From: Spirochaetota bacterium
Lineage (GTDB): Bacteria > Spirochaetota > UBA4802 > UBA5368
Assembly (NCBI GenBank): GCA_035477215.1
Contig: DATIKU010000034.1
Coordinates: 70,037 to 134,036 of the forward strand
DNA: 64,000 bases
Reading direction: 5' to 3'
The number at the start of each line of letters is the position of its first letter. The first letter of the stretch is position 1. The notes beneath the pieces are model-generated. The model was not told the origin of the DNA. It worked only from the letters and a program-made list of their open reading frames with translations, and did no database searches. Of this stretch, positions 37,868-47,432 are shown piece by piece. The position numbers and the translations under genes were made by a program.

Positions 37868-40600
37868 ATGGCAGAGGGTAAGGCTATGGAAAAAGAAAAA
37901 CTTCTGGATAAAGTGAATTCCCTTTTTAAAGAAGAGTTGTGGGGCCGCATCGAGCCCAAAGATATTGGAATATCAAAATTCAAGATTCTCGACGATCTGT
38001 TCAACAGCCTGGTCGGGGACAATCTTTTCCAGGAAATACTTGAACTTTGCAAAAGCCACCTCGTCGAGCACCCGGATTCCATCACCGCGTCGTATCTGGT
38101 GGGCCTTATCGGCTACCACCTGGACCGGATGGAGGACAAGTTCCAGCTTCGCAAGCTCATCGATCTCTTTCTCGATCACCACAAGTGGGCGGTGGTCGAA
38201 CGCATTTCAGAGAAGATCCTGGAATACGGTGAAAACAGGGTGGCGCTCAAGGCGCTCGCGACGGCTCTCGAACGCCTGGGCCGCAATCGGGAGGCCATTC
38301 CCGTATGGGAGAACCTGCTGAAAATAGATCGATTCGACGCGGACGTTTCCAAAAAGATCGCGTTCGCGATCATCGAGGACGACCCGGCGAAGAGTATTCA
38401 ATACATGAAGCTCTCGATCGAGGGCTATATTAAAAACGGTGAATACGACAATATTGTGGACCTCTGGAACAAGCTGGTTTCGGTTTCCTGGGAGGATATA
38501 CAGTTCTTTGAAAGGATCGAGCGGATGCTGGTTGAGGCAAAGCAGCGCGAGCTGGCGGCGAGCCTTTTAAAAACGCTCCTGCACAAGTATCGCGACGAGG
38601 AAAATCCCGACCAGTCCATCGAAATTTTAAAAAAGATACTCGAATACACGCCCGAGGACAACGCGGCGCGACGCGATATCGTAAAGTTTTACGAGAAGAA
38701 GTACGGCAACCATTCGCAGTATCAGCAATTCCTCAAGCTGTCCAAGTTCAACAATTTCAAGCATCCCGTACGGCATGCCATCGAGGACTTCGAGAAGAAC
38801 ATCGTTTTCGACAAGGGGAACTACGCCTTCCATCGCTCGTGGGGGGTCGGCAAGATCGTCGACATAAACAGCGAGTATCTGGTCATCGATTTCAGGGGAA
38901 AGAACGAGCACCGGATGTCGATCCAGATGGCCCTGCAGTCCATGAAGCCACTGAAGCACGACCATATTTATGTTATGGATTATGAAGACCCCGATGTGCT
39001 CGCGGCCCTTTTCAAAGCGGACTTTATACAGTTTTTCGAGGCCCTCATCAAGTCGTATGACGGAGAGATGACGGTGGCCGACATTAAAAAGGAGATGTGC
39101 CCGCGATTCATCGACCCGAAGAACTGGTCGAAGTGGTGGAGCCGCACCCGCACGGAGATACGCAAGGATCCGCGCTTCGGGGTTTCCGAGAAAAAGAAGG
39201 ATATCATCTTTATGCGCGACAAGCCGGTTACTTTCGCCGAAGAGCTGCTCGACTCGTTTATAAACGGGCTTTCGTTCAGCGAGAAGATGAATGTCGCCAT
39301 AGAGTTCGTCAATAACGTCGAGCCCGACGAGGGGGCGGCGATGGCTCAGTTTTTTATCGATTATTACACCAGGGAGGCCCGCGAGTCGACGCCGACCAAA
39401 CAGATCCTTTCATACTTCATACTGCGGGGGCTTTCGAAATTCGTCGACGCCAAGAAACTGAAGCTCGATCCGATCAGGACCAAAATCATCGACTTCATGC
39501 GTGAGAGCGGCGAGCTCCCCTTCATCTCGATGAAGATCAGCTCCTATGACAATAAGAAGGACCTGGTTAATCTGATCGAAGAGGCCCGCGAGGACTGGCC
39601 GAACGTTGTCGCCGAAATATTATTCGAGACTCCCGTGCGCATACACCGCTACATCTTCAACAACCTCATCCGCGCGCATGCGTACAATCCCATCAACGGA
39701 TTTATCGACAGGGTGATCACCGGGGCCAAGCAGTATCCCGAAATCTTTCTGTGGGTTGCCCGCAATCTTGCCACGCGCGCCTGGGATTACGAGTGGCTTG
39801 ACTACTCGCGCGAGAGTCTGCTGCTTACCTTCTTCCGGTTGATGAACGAGCTCAAGCGCATCGAGACGAAGGGCAACCGCCTGAAGAACATGGCGCTTGA
39901 TATCCTGTTCGACAACGAAGGCGCCGTGCTCAAAGACGTCGTCGGCCAGAGCAGGGAGCCTTTCCTCGGCAAGGTGTACGATATGCTGGTGGGAGTTCCT
40001 TATGTGGAGGACTCGCATAAAAACAGATTTCTCGCCATCATCAAGGCAAGGTACCCGGAATTCAAGGCATATACCGCGGCGCAGCCGAAGGAGGGCGCGG
40101 ATGAATGGGTGCTCGACGTGGAGAAGATCTATGCTTCTCCCGAGGGTTACCAGAAAATGACCGACGCGCTCAACCGCATGGTGAAATCGGAGATGACATC
40201 GCTTTCGCGGGAGCTCGCCAGGGCGGCCGACATTTCCGGCGACATTCGGGAAAACGTTGAGTACAACGCCCTAATGGAGAAGCAGGCGATATTGAAGATG
40301 GCGATAAACAAGCTCGAGGATGAGATAAAGAAGGCCGAGGTTGTGAATCCGGCTTCGATCTCGATCGAGACGGTCAATGTCGGCGCAAACGTCCTGGTGG
40401 AGGAAATTGACTCGGGCGAGCGGAACCTGTACACGCTTCTTGGCCCCTGGGACGCGGACTACGAGAAAAAGATCCTCTCGTACCGCTCGCCGATCGGAAT
40501 GGCGCTTCTGGGCAAGAAGTCGGGGGATGTCATTGACCTGAGGATCGGCGACGAGGCGCGTAAACTGAAAATTCTATCGATAGAGAAATACAGGCAATGA
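37868..40600 (+). CDS. greA: transcription elongation factor GreA, long form with roughly 750-aa N-terminal extension
   Basis: C-terminal roughly 160 aa have the GreA coiled coil (GDIRENVEYNALMEKQ) and FKBP-like domain (SYRSPIGMALLGKKSGDVIDLRIGD...KILSIEKY). Confidence 0.7.
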   Translation: MAEGKAMEKEKLLDKVNSLFKEELWGRIEPKDIGISKFKILDDLFNSLVGDNLFQEILELCKSHLVEHPDSITASYLVGLIGYHLDRMEDKFQLRKLIDLFLDHHKWAVVERISEKILEYGENRVALKALATALERLGRNREAIPVWENLLKIDRFDADVSKKIAFAIIEDDPAKSIQYMKLSIEGYIKNGEYDNIVDLWNKLVSVSWEDIQFFERIERMLVEAKQRELAASLLKTLLHKYRDEENPDQSIEILKKILEYTPEDNAARRDIVKFYEKKYGNHSQYQQFLKLSKFNNFKHPVRHAIEDFEKNIVFDKGNYAFHRSWGVGKIVDINSEYLVIDFRGKNEHRMSIQMALQSMKPLKHDHIYVMDYEDPDVLAALFKADFIQFFEALIKSYDGEMTVADIKKEMCPRFIDPKNWSKWWSRTRTEIRKDPRFGVSEKKKDIIFMRDKPVTFAEELLDSFINGLSFSEKMNVAIEFVNNVEPDEGAAMAQFFIDYYTREARESTPTKQILSYFILRGLSKFVDAKKLKLDPIRTKIIDFMRESGELPFISMKISSYDNKKDLVNLIEEAREDWPNVVAEILFETPVRIHRYIFNNLIRAHAYNPINGFIDRVITGAKQYPEIFLWVARNLATRAWDYEWLDYSRESLLLTFFRLMNELKRIETKGNRLKNMALDILFDNEGAVLKDVVGQSREPFLGKVYDMLVGVPYVEDSHKNRFLAIIKARYPEFKAYTAAQPKEGADEWVLDVEKIYASPEGYQKMTDALNRMVKSEMTSLSRELARAADISGDIRENVEYNALMEKQAILKMAINKLEDEIKKAEVVNPASISIETVNVGANVLVEEIDSGERNLYTLLGPWDADYEKKILSYRSPIGMALLGKKSGDVIDLRIGDEARKLKILSIEKYRQ

Positions 40601-41856
40601 ACAGTTACGACGATTATTTCCCCTGCAACGGAAACGAGCTGATGTGCGAGGGCCTGCCCCTCCGGGAAATAGGCGAGCAATACGGAACACCGCTGTATAT
40701 CTATAGCGAGAGGGGATTTCGCGAACGATATCGCGAAATAGATGGGGCGCTTGCGGGCGTTTGGCACCTCATCTGTTATTCGATAAAGTCCAATTCGAAC
40801 GTCAACATCCTTCGAACGATGGCGGAGATGGGGTCGGGTATGGACGTGGTCTCGGGCGGGGAGATACGGCGTGCGCGGGCCGCAGGGGTCGACCCGGGAA
40901 AGATCGTGTTCGCGGGCGTGGGCAAGACCGACGAGGAGATTTCCGAGGCGATCGACTGGAAGATCCTCATGTTCAACTGCGAATCGTTCGAGGAGATGGA
41001 GAAGATTGACGGCATTGCGCGCGCAAAGAAGGTTGTGGCCGATATCTCGGTCCGGGTGAATCCCGACGTAGACGCGAACACGCACCATTACATCACGACT
41101 GGCAAAAAGGAGAACAAGTTCGGGATAGCGATCGATCAGCTTCTCGAGCGGCGCGCCTTTGTAAAGGGGCTTGCGGGCCTACGCCTGATCGGAATACACT
41201 GCCATATCGGCTCGCAGATCGTCGACATGCGGCCGTTCATCGCGTCGCTTGAGCGGCTGATCGCGCTTATCGACGAGTTGAAAAGGGGCGGCTTTAAGGA
41301 TATCGCTTACATCAATCTCGGCGGCGGAATGGGGATCCGCTACAGGGACGAGGAATTTTTCCCGATCGCCGAGTGGGCCGGCGAGGTGAAGAAGCGGGTT
41401 TCGGCCGCCAAACTAAGGCTCATCATCGAACCGGGGCGTTATATAAGCGGCAACAACGGGGTGCTTCTGGTCAGGCTTCTGTACAGGAAGCAAAGCGCCA
41501 ATAAGGTGTTTCTTGTCACCGACGGCGGCATGAATGATCTTATTCGGCCATCGCTCTATTCCGCGTACCAGAACGTGCAGAACTGCGTCCGCCGGGATGC
41601 GAACGAAGTCGTCGATGTCGTGGGGCCTGTCTGTGAATCCGGCGATTTCTTCGCGAAGGACCGCGAGATAACGCGCTCGGAGCAGGGGGACTATCTCGCC
41701 GTAATGTCCGCAGGCGCGTACGGCATGTCGATGGCCTCCCGGTACAACACGCGCCGTCTGCCCGCAGAGGTGATGGTCGGGACCGACGGAAGTGCGCGTC
41801 TTATCAGGAGACGCGAAACGTACGACGACATGCTGGCGCACGAACTCCCTCTGTAA
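40597..41856 (+). CDS. lysA: diaminopimelate decarboxylase
   Basis: YGTPLYIY...ICYSIKSNSN...HCHIGSQ...EPGRYISGN...CESGD fold-III PLP decarboxylase motifs. Confidence 0.9.
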   Translation: MNSYDDYFPCNGNELMCEGLPLREIGEQYGTPLYIYSERGFRERYREIDGALAGVWHLICYSIKSNSNVNILRTMAEMGSGMDVVSGGEIRRARAAGVDPGKIVFAGVGKTDEEISEAIDWKILMFNCESFEEMEKIDGIARAKKVVADISVRVNPDVDANTHHYITTGKKENKFGIAIDQLLERRAFVKGLAGLRLIGIHCHIGSQIVDMRPFIASLERLIALIDELKRGGFKDIAYINLGGGMGIRYRDEEFFPIAEWAGEVKKRVSAAKLRLIIEPGRYISGNNGVLLVRLLYRKQSANKVFLVTDGGMNDLIRPSLYSAYQNVQNCVRRDANEVVDVVGPVCESGDFFAKDREITRSEQGDYLAVMSAGAYGMSMASRYNTRRLPAEVMVGTDGSARLIRRRETYDDMLAHELPL

Positions 41857-41902
41857 AATTAAATTGACAAATACCGTGCGTCATTTATAGGGATGTATCC
41901 TT

Positions 41903-41986
41903 GCCGCGATGGCGGAATTGGTAGACGCGCCAGGTTCAGGGTCTGGTGGGCGTACGCCTGTGAGGGTTCAAATCCCTCTCGCGGCA
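41903..41986 (+). tRNA. tRNA-Leu (anticodon CAG)
   Basis: GCCGCGATGGCGGAATTGGTAGACGCGCCAGGTTCAGGGTCTGGTGGGCGTACGCCTGTGAGGGTTCAAATCCCTCTCGCGGCA; long variable arm; anticodon loop TTCAGGG. Confidence 0.85.
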
Positions 41987-42051
41987 AAGGTTTTTTTCCT
42001 CTTTCAGGCGACATCAGAAAACCCGTAAAAATCAGGTTGTGATCCTCCCCC

Positions 42052-42882
42052 ATGTTCCAGATACAGGTTGTGAGACATATGGACGAACCGGCCGAACGTG
42101 GAGAATCCCGCTTCGTCATTGATGATTACGAATCCCCGTGCGAAATGGATGGTGGCGGGCTTTTGCACTGCACCGATGCGTTTAAAAACCTGGAGCATTT
42201 TGAAGAAAGCGTTGGTGCGGCGGGCGATCCGTTCGGCGAAATCGGCGGCAGTATATGGCGCTGCCATGCGGAAAGCATGGAGGTCATCGAGCTTGAATCC
42301 GGCTTTTACATCCAACCGCTCGCCTCCGCGTCCATGGCGCCACCGTCTTTTCCATCCGTCATCTATATAGATCCGTTCAGCGCGTTCGGCGACGGCAGGC
42401 ACCCCAGCACGTCGCTGTGCCTGCGTTTTCTCGCGGAGCATGCGGACTCTTTCACCGCTGACGAGCGCGCCATGCTTTCCGTTCTCGACGCCGGGGCGGG
42501 TACCGGTATCCTCTCCATCGCCGCGGAAAAACTGGGCGCGGGATTGATCGACGCGGTGGAGCTGCACGGTGCGGCCGCGGAAAACGCCCGGAGAAATGTC
42601 CGCCTCAACGACTGCGTCCGCGTCACTGTGCGGCAGGGAGATCTTCTGGCGGTGAGATTCGGTGGGGAGTACGATATCGTGCTCGCCAATCTCATCTCGG
42701 ACGTTATGATCGCCTGCCTTGGCGTGCTCACTCCGCTCGTGCGCCCCGGCGGTGTCATGATCGCCAGCGGCATTGTAAAAGCGCGCGCCGCGGAGGTCGA
42801 GGAGCGCATTATCGACAGCGGTCTGAGGTTCAGGGATATCGCGCTCCTCGATGGCTGGATGGGATATCTTCTGACGCGCTGA
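42052..42882 (+). CDS. prmA: ribosomal protein L11 methyltransferase
   Basis: FGDGRHPSTSLCL...VLDAGAGTGILSIAA motifs of PrmA. Confidence 0.8.
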   Translation: MFQIQVVRHMDEPAERGESRFVIDDYESPCEMDGGGLLHCTDAFKNLEHFEESVGAAGDPFGEIGGSIWRCHAESMEVIELESGFYIQPLASASMAPPSFPSVIYIDPFSAFGDGRHPSTSLCLRFLAEHADSFTADERAMLSVLDAGAGTGILSIAAEKLGAGLIDAVELHGAAAENARRNVRLNDCVRVTVRQGDLLAVRFGGEYDIVLANLISDVMIACLGVLTPLVRPGGVMIASGIVKARAAEVEERIIDSGLRFRDIALLDGWMGYLLTR

Positions 42883-42897
42883 GCCGGCGCATTATTA

Positions 42898-43539
42898 TCA
42901 GGCCTTTACCACGACCTCGATGAGCTTTTCGACCGGCTCGGCCCCGATGATCTCGATGGTCTCGTTGATTACGGTCTTCGGGACGGAACTGACGTTGTAC
43001 TTTACCGCGAGCTGGGGGAAGGTTCCCGCGTCCACCATGTCCGCGCGTATCCTGGGGCTTTCGAGCGCGATGCGATGCGCCACGCTGACCGCGGCGGGGC
43101 AATACGGGCAGGTGAGCGAGATAAAGACCTGGATGTGAACGTCCCTGGCTATTTTCTTTATCGCTTCGGCCTCCTTCGCGGGGAGTGCTTCTTTTTGACC
43201 GGAAACCTCGAAGATGCTCTGGATGAACGAATTGATTTCGTAACCGCCGGGTAGGCCGAAAAAGCGCACGCCGGTGTCGTTGTCGTTTTTATCCAGCAGA
43301 ACGATCGCGGGTATCTTGTCAATCCTATAGTAGGCGGCCTTGTCGCGGTCCTTTACGAAATCAAACACGACCAGTCCGATCTTGTCGCTGAGCGATGTGA
43401 ACTCGTTTAAGAATTCGTGGGTCTCCTTGCAGATGCCGCACTCCATTTCCTGCGTGAAATAAAGCAGGTTGACCCGGTCGGCAAGCTTCGCCAGGATATC
43501 GCCTATCTGCTTCCTTACTTTGTCATCGAAGATTGCCAT
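42898..43539 (-). CDS. glutaredoxin-like / protein-disulfide oxidoreductase (AhpF N-terminal-like, two thioredoxin folds; CGIC and CPYC sites)
   Basis: MECGICKETHEF and LTCPYCPAAV redox motifs; immediately downstream of trxB. Confidence 0.6.
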   Translation of the reverse strand: MAIFDDKVRKQIGDILAKLADRVNLLYFTQEMECGICKETHEFLNEFTSLSDKIGLVVFDFVKDRDKAAYYRIDKIPAIVLLDKNDNDTGVRFFGLPGGYEINSFIQSIFEVSGQKEALPAKEAEAIKKIARDVHIQVFISLTCPYCPAAVSVAHRIALESPRIRADMVDAGTFPQLAVKYNVSSVPKTVINETIEIIGAEPVEKLIEVVVKA

Positions 43540-43560
43540 ACTTCATCCTCCATTCTGTCG

Positions 43561-44553
43561 TTATGATTCTCTTAGCACGTATTCGCAGGCGGAAAGCGCC
43601 GCCTTGGCGCCCTCCCCCGCCGCGATGATAATCTGCTTGAAGGGAACCGAGCTTACGTCTCCGGCGGCGAATATCCCCGGGCGGCTGGTACGGCAGGCGC
43701 AATCCACGTTGATTTCACCGAATTCGTTCAGCTCGAGCAGGTCTTTGACCAGTGCGTTATTGGGGATAAGGCCGATCTCAATAAATATGCCCTGCGCGTT
43801 CAGTTCGCTGACGGCGCCTGTCGCCCGGCTTTTAACCACGACGTTCTCCACCCGGAGCTCCCCCTTTATTTCAACGACCTCGTGTTCGTACATGACCGTT
43901 GTGTTGGCAAAGGCTGAAAACGCATCCACAAGGATTTTGTCGGCGGTGAGTTCGGAGAGGAGCTGGATGACGGTGACGTGTTCGGAGATCTTGGCGAGAT
44001 CTATCGCGGACTCTATTCCCGAGTTGCCACCGCCCACTACGACGACCCGCTTGCCGGCGAAGAGCGGGGCGTCGCAGATGGCGCAGTATGCCACGCCCTT
44101 GCCGGTGAGTTCGGCTTCGCCGGGAACGCCAAGCCGCCTCCAGCTCTTGCCGGTGGTGATGATGAGCGTGCGGGCCCTGAAGGCGCTTCCGTCCTCGATC
44201 CGTATCGTTTTTACCCTGCCGTCCTCGATCGAATCGGCTTTTTTGCCCTCGACAACGGCGATTTCGAACTGTCGCACCTGCTCTCTGAATTTCGAGGCGA
44301 GGTCGACGCCGGTGATGTAGTTGTAGCCCATGTAGTTCTCGACGGTGGAGGTGTCGGAGAGCTGGCCCCCGAAGTCCATGGTGATCAGCCCCGTGGAGAC
44401 CCCCTTGCGCATGCAGTAAACGGCGGCCGTCAGCGCCGCGGGCCCGCCGCCTATTATTATAACGTCGTATAACACGTCCTCCTTCATCGGGACCACCCTG
44501 TCGTCGGTCCCGGATGTGCCGATACTCAGCTTGAATTCCATGACAACGGACAC
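43561..44553 (-). CDS. trxB: thioredoxin-disulfide reductase
   Basis: VIIIGGGPAALTAAVY FAD site, redox-active CAIC, NAD(P) site VVVVGGGNSG. Confidence 0.85.
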   Translation of the reverse strand: MSVVMEFKLSIGTSGTDDRVVPMKEDVLYDVIIIGGGPAALTAAVYCMRKGVSTGLITMDFGGQLSDTSTVENYMGYNYITGVDLASKFREQVRQFEIAVVEGKKADSIEDGRVKTIRIEDGSAFRARTLIITTGKSWRRLGVPGEAELTGKGVAYCAICDAPLFAGKRVVVVGGGNSGIESAIDLAKISEHVTVIQLLSELTADKILVDAFSAFANTTVMYEHEVVEIKGELRVENVVVKSRATGAVSELNAQGIFIEIGLIPNNALVKDLLELNEFGEINVDCACRTSRPGIFAAGDVSSVPFKQIIIAAGEGAKAALSACEYVLRES

Positions 44554-44828
44554 TCCTTCCGGGTGATGGCGGCGGGCAGGGCCTCCGGAGGGGGTCCGGC
44601 CGCACCGCAGAATTATGTTACAGGATTACGCGGGTGCTGTCAAGAAGCGATTGCCGCGGGTAATGACGGCTTTAGTGCGGCTATACATTCGAAAGCGACC
44701 GGACCAAAATTTACCTACCCGTAACAATTAGCGGCAATTTTGAATTGAACCGCGCCAGAGCGAGGGTATCTTTACTTACACTAACATATCACCGTGATAG
44801 TTAAGCGCGGCTATACAAGGAGCGCCAT

Positions 44829-45893
44829 ATGTGCGGCATAGTGGGAATAATCAACACCGATAAAAGAAAGATTGACGGAAGCCATATCCGCGAGGCGATA
44901 CGAATACAGCGGGAGCGGGGCAACGGGCTGGGCGGGGGTTTTTCGGCCTACGGCATTTACCCGGAGAACCGGGATAAATATGCCTTCCATATGATGTACG
45001 AGGGTAACCGGCACAATCCGGTGATCGGCCAGGTCGAAAGCTACCTGGAGAGGAAGACCAGGGTCTACCAGTCGGAGGAAATACCCGTGTACCCGAACGA
45101 GCGGATCCCGCGCGGTCCTCATTTCAAGCGATATTTCGTGAAAATCCTCGAGGAACAGATCAACGCGGACCAGACCGAAGAGGACTGCGTGGTCGAAATA
45201 GTCATGAACATAAACCGCATGGGCGGGGCCTTCGTCGTTTCGTCCGGCAAGAACATGGGGGTGTTCAAAGGGGTCGGGTACCCGGAGGACATCGCCGATT
45301 ATTTCAGGATTGAGGACTATGAGGCCTACGCATGGACCGCGCATAACCGCTTCCCCACCAATACGCCGGGCTGGTGGGGGGGCGCCCATCCCTTCACCAT
45401 CCTCGACAAGGCGGTGGTGCACAACGGGGAGATAACGAGCTACGGGACGAATGTGCGCTGGCTCGAGATGTACGGCTACTTCTGCCTGCTTCAGACCGAC
45501 ACCGAAGTGATAAGCTATATTTACGACAAGCTTACAAGAAAGGACCACCTCTCAATGCGTGACGCCTGCTATGTTATGGCGCCCTCGCTGTGGGAGGAGA
45601 TAGAGCGCGAGAATGACGGCAAGAAGAAGACCCTGCGACAGATATATGGACCGGCCGTGGTGAACGGACCGTTCGGCATCGTGCTCACGCACGAGCGGGG
45701 GGCCATTGTGCTCAACGACAGGAACAAGCTGCGGCCCGTGGTATGTGCGAAGAGCGGTAACACCTTTTACGCCTCGTCTGAGGAGTGCAGCATCAGGCTT
45801 CTTTCGCCGGAGGTCGATGAGATCTGGTCGCCGCGCGGCGGCGAGCCGGTCATCATCGATCTGCAGCGGGAAGAGGGCAAGGAGGTCGCCTGA
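44829..45893 (+). CDS. glutamate synthase, glutamine amidotransferase (class II, Ntn) domain protein (archaeal-type split GltS, domain 1)
   Basis: N-terminal MCGIVGI... catalytic Cys; GATase_2 fold. Confidence 0.8.
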   Translation: MCGIVGIINTDKRKIDGSHIREAIRIQRERGNGLGGGFSAYGIYPENRDKYAFHMMYEGNRHNPVIGQVESYLERKTRVYQSEEIPVYPNERIPRGPHFKRYFVKILEEQINADQTEEDCVVEIVMNINRMGGAFVVSSGKNMGVFKGVGYPEDIADYFRIEDYEAYAWTAHNRFPTNTPGWWGGAHPFTILDKAVVHNGEITSYGTNVRWLEMYGYFCLLQTDTEVISYIYDKLTRKDHLSMRDACYVMAPSLWEEIERENDGKKKTLRQIYGPAVVNGPFGIVLTHERGAIVLNDRNKLRPVVCAKSGNTFYASSEECSIRLLSPEVDEIWSPRGGEPVIIDLQREEGKEVA

Positions 45894-47416
45894 TGGCCGA
45901 CATGAACAACAACTGGAAGGTCATACCGCCGTTTCATCCCGAGTTCGACCTGGAGCGTTGTGATTACGAAAACGGATGCGCCATATGCGCGCACGAGTGT
46001 TCGTTCGGCGAGATCGGCCTCAAGCCGGTGAAGGGGCCGGACGGCCAGGTGCGACAGCGTCCATGGGCCAACCTCAGTTCGTGCGGCGCCTGCCAGCGCT
46101 GCGTGAAGATGTGCCCGCGCAACGCCATTCATATCGCCTGCCAGCCGATGCACACAAGTCATAATTACTGGACGCCGGATTACGTTAACGCCATCTGGCG
46201 GCAGTCGGGCGCGCGCGGTGGTGTGCTCCTGGTCGGTAACGGGGCCACCGGTCCGCAGAGGCGTTATTTCGATCATATGATGTTCGATGCCTGTCAGGTA
46301 ACCAATCCGTCGATCGACCCGCTTCGCGAACCGATGGAGATTCGAACCTATCTTGGCAGAAAGGCGGAACGTTTCGGCGAGGACATGGGTCCGCAGTTGA
46401 AGCTGGAGGTGCCGATCATGTTCGGCGCGATGAGCTTCGGGGCGCTCAATCTCCGTGTCCACGAGGCCGAGGCGCGGGCCACTCGGTCAATCGGCACTTT
46501 CTGGAACACCGGAGAGGGCGGATTCCATAAATCGCTTCGCGGATACGGGGCCAATACAATAGTTCAGGTCGCCTCCGGGCGGTTCGGCGTATCGGAGGAC
46601 TATCTGAACTCGGCCGCGGCCGTCGAGATCAAGATCGGCCAGGGCGCCAAGCCGGGGATCGGCGGGCACCTGCCGGGCGAGAAGGTTTCCGGAGAGATAT
46701 CGGAGACACGGATGATCCCGGTGGGAAGCGACGCGCTTTCGCCGGCCCCGCACCACGACATCTATTCGATCGAGGACCTCAGGCAACTCATCTTCGCCAT
46801 CAAGGAGGCGGTCGAGTACCGGGTGCCAGTTTCGGTGAAGATAGCAGCGGTGCATAACGTCGCCCCTATCGCCAGCGGAATCGCCCGCGCGGGCGCCGAC
46901 ATCATTACGATCGACGGTTTCCGCGGGGGAAGCGGGGCCACGCCCCTCCAGATCCGCCAGAACACGGGGATACCGCTGGAGCTTGCCATTGCGGCGGCGG
47001 ACCAGCGCCTGCGCGAGGAGGGCATACGACAGACGGTAAGCTTGGTCGCCTCGGGGGGAATACAGTGTTCCTCGGATGTGCTGAAGGCGATCTGCCTGGG
47101 GGCCGATGCGGTGTATGTCGGGACACCGGTACTTATCGCGCTCGGCTGCGGCGTCTGCCAGCGCTGCTTCAGCGGCAAGTGCGCCTACGGCATCACCACC
47201 AACAGGCCGGGGCTGGCCGAGCGCATTGATGTTGATGGAGCGACCGAGGCCCTCGAGAACCTGCTGCATGCCTGGGCGGAGGAGATCAAGGAGCTTATGG
47301 GATCGATGGGAATCAGCACCATCGAGGCCCTTCGTGGAAACCGCGACCGGCTTCGGGCGGTGGGCCTGACGGCAGGGGAGATGTCCATCCTCGGAATAAA
47401 ACACGCGGGCGCATAA
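45893..47416 (+). CDS. glutamate synthase FMN-binding domain protein with N-terminal 4Fe-4S ferredoxin (domain 2)
   Basis: CAICAHEC...CGACQRCVKMCP clusters, then VEIKIGQGAKPGIGGHLPG, the GltS FMN domain signature. Confidence 0.85.
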   Translation: MADMNNNWKVIPPFHPEFDLERCDYENGCAICAHECSFGEIGLKPVKGPDGQVRQRPWANLSSCGACQRCVKMCPRNAIHIACQPMHTSHNYWTPDYVNAIWRQSGARGGVLLVGNGATGPQRRYFDHMMFDACQVTNPSIDPLREPMEIRTYLGRKAERFGEDMGPQLKLEVPIMFGAMSFGALNLRVHEAEARATRSIGTFWNTGEGGFHKSLRGYGANTIVQVASGRFGVSEDYLNSAAAVEIKIGQGAKPGIGGHLPGEKVSGEISETRMIPVGSDALSPAPHHDIYSIEDLRQLIFAIKEAVEYRVPVSVKIAAVHNVAPIASGIARAGADIITIDGFRGGSGATPLQIRQNTGIPLELAIAAADQRLREEGIRQTVSLVASGGIQCSSDVLKAICLGADAVYVGTPVLIALGCGVCQRCFSGKCAYGITTNRPGLAERIDVDGATEALENLLHAWAEEIKELMGSMGISTIEALRGNRDRLRAVGLTAGEMSILGIKHAGA

Positions 47417-47432
47417 GAGGAGTCAATAAGCT

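Noticed and set aside
37645-37881. 78-aa ORF upstream of greA
   Set aside because: No RBS, no motifs; lies in the likely greA promoter/leader; probably spurious.
44640-44670. Sigma54 (-24/-12) promoter upstream of the glutamate synthase genes
   Set aside because: The TGTCAA...TTGCC stretch lacks the invariant GG and has the wrong spacing.
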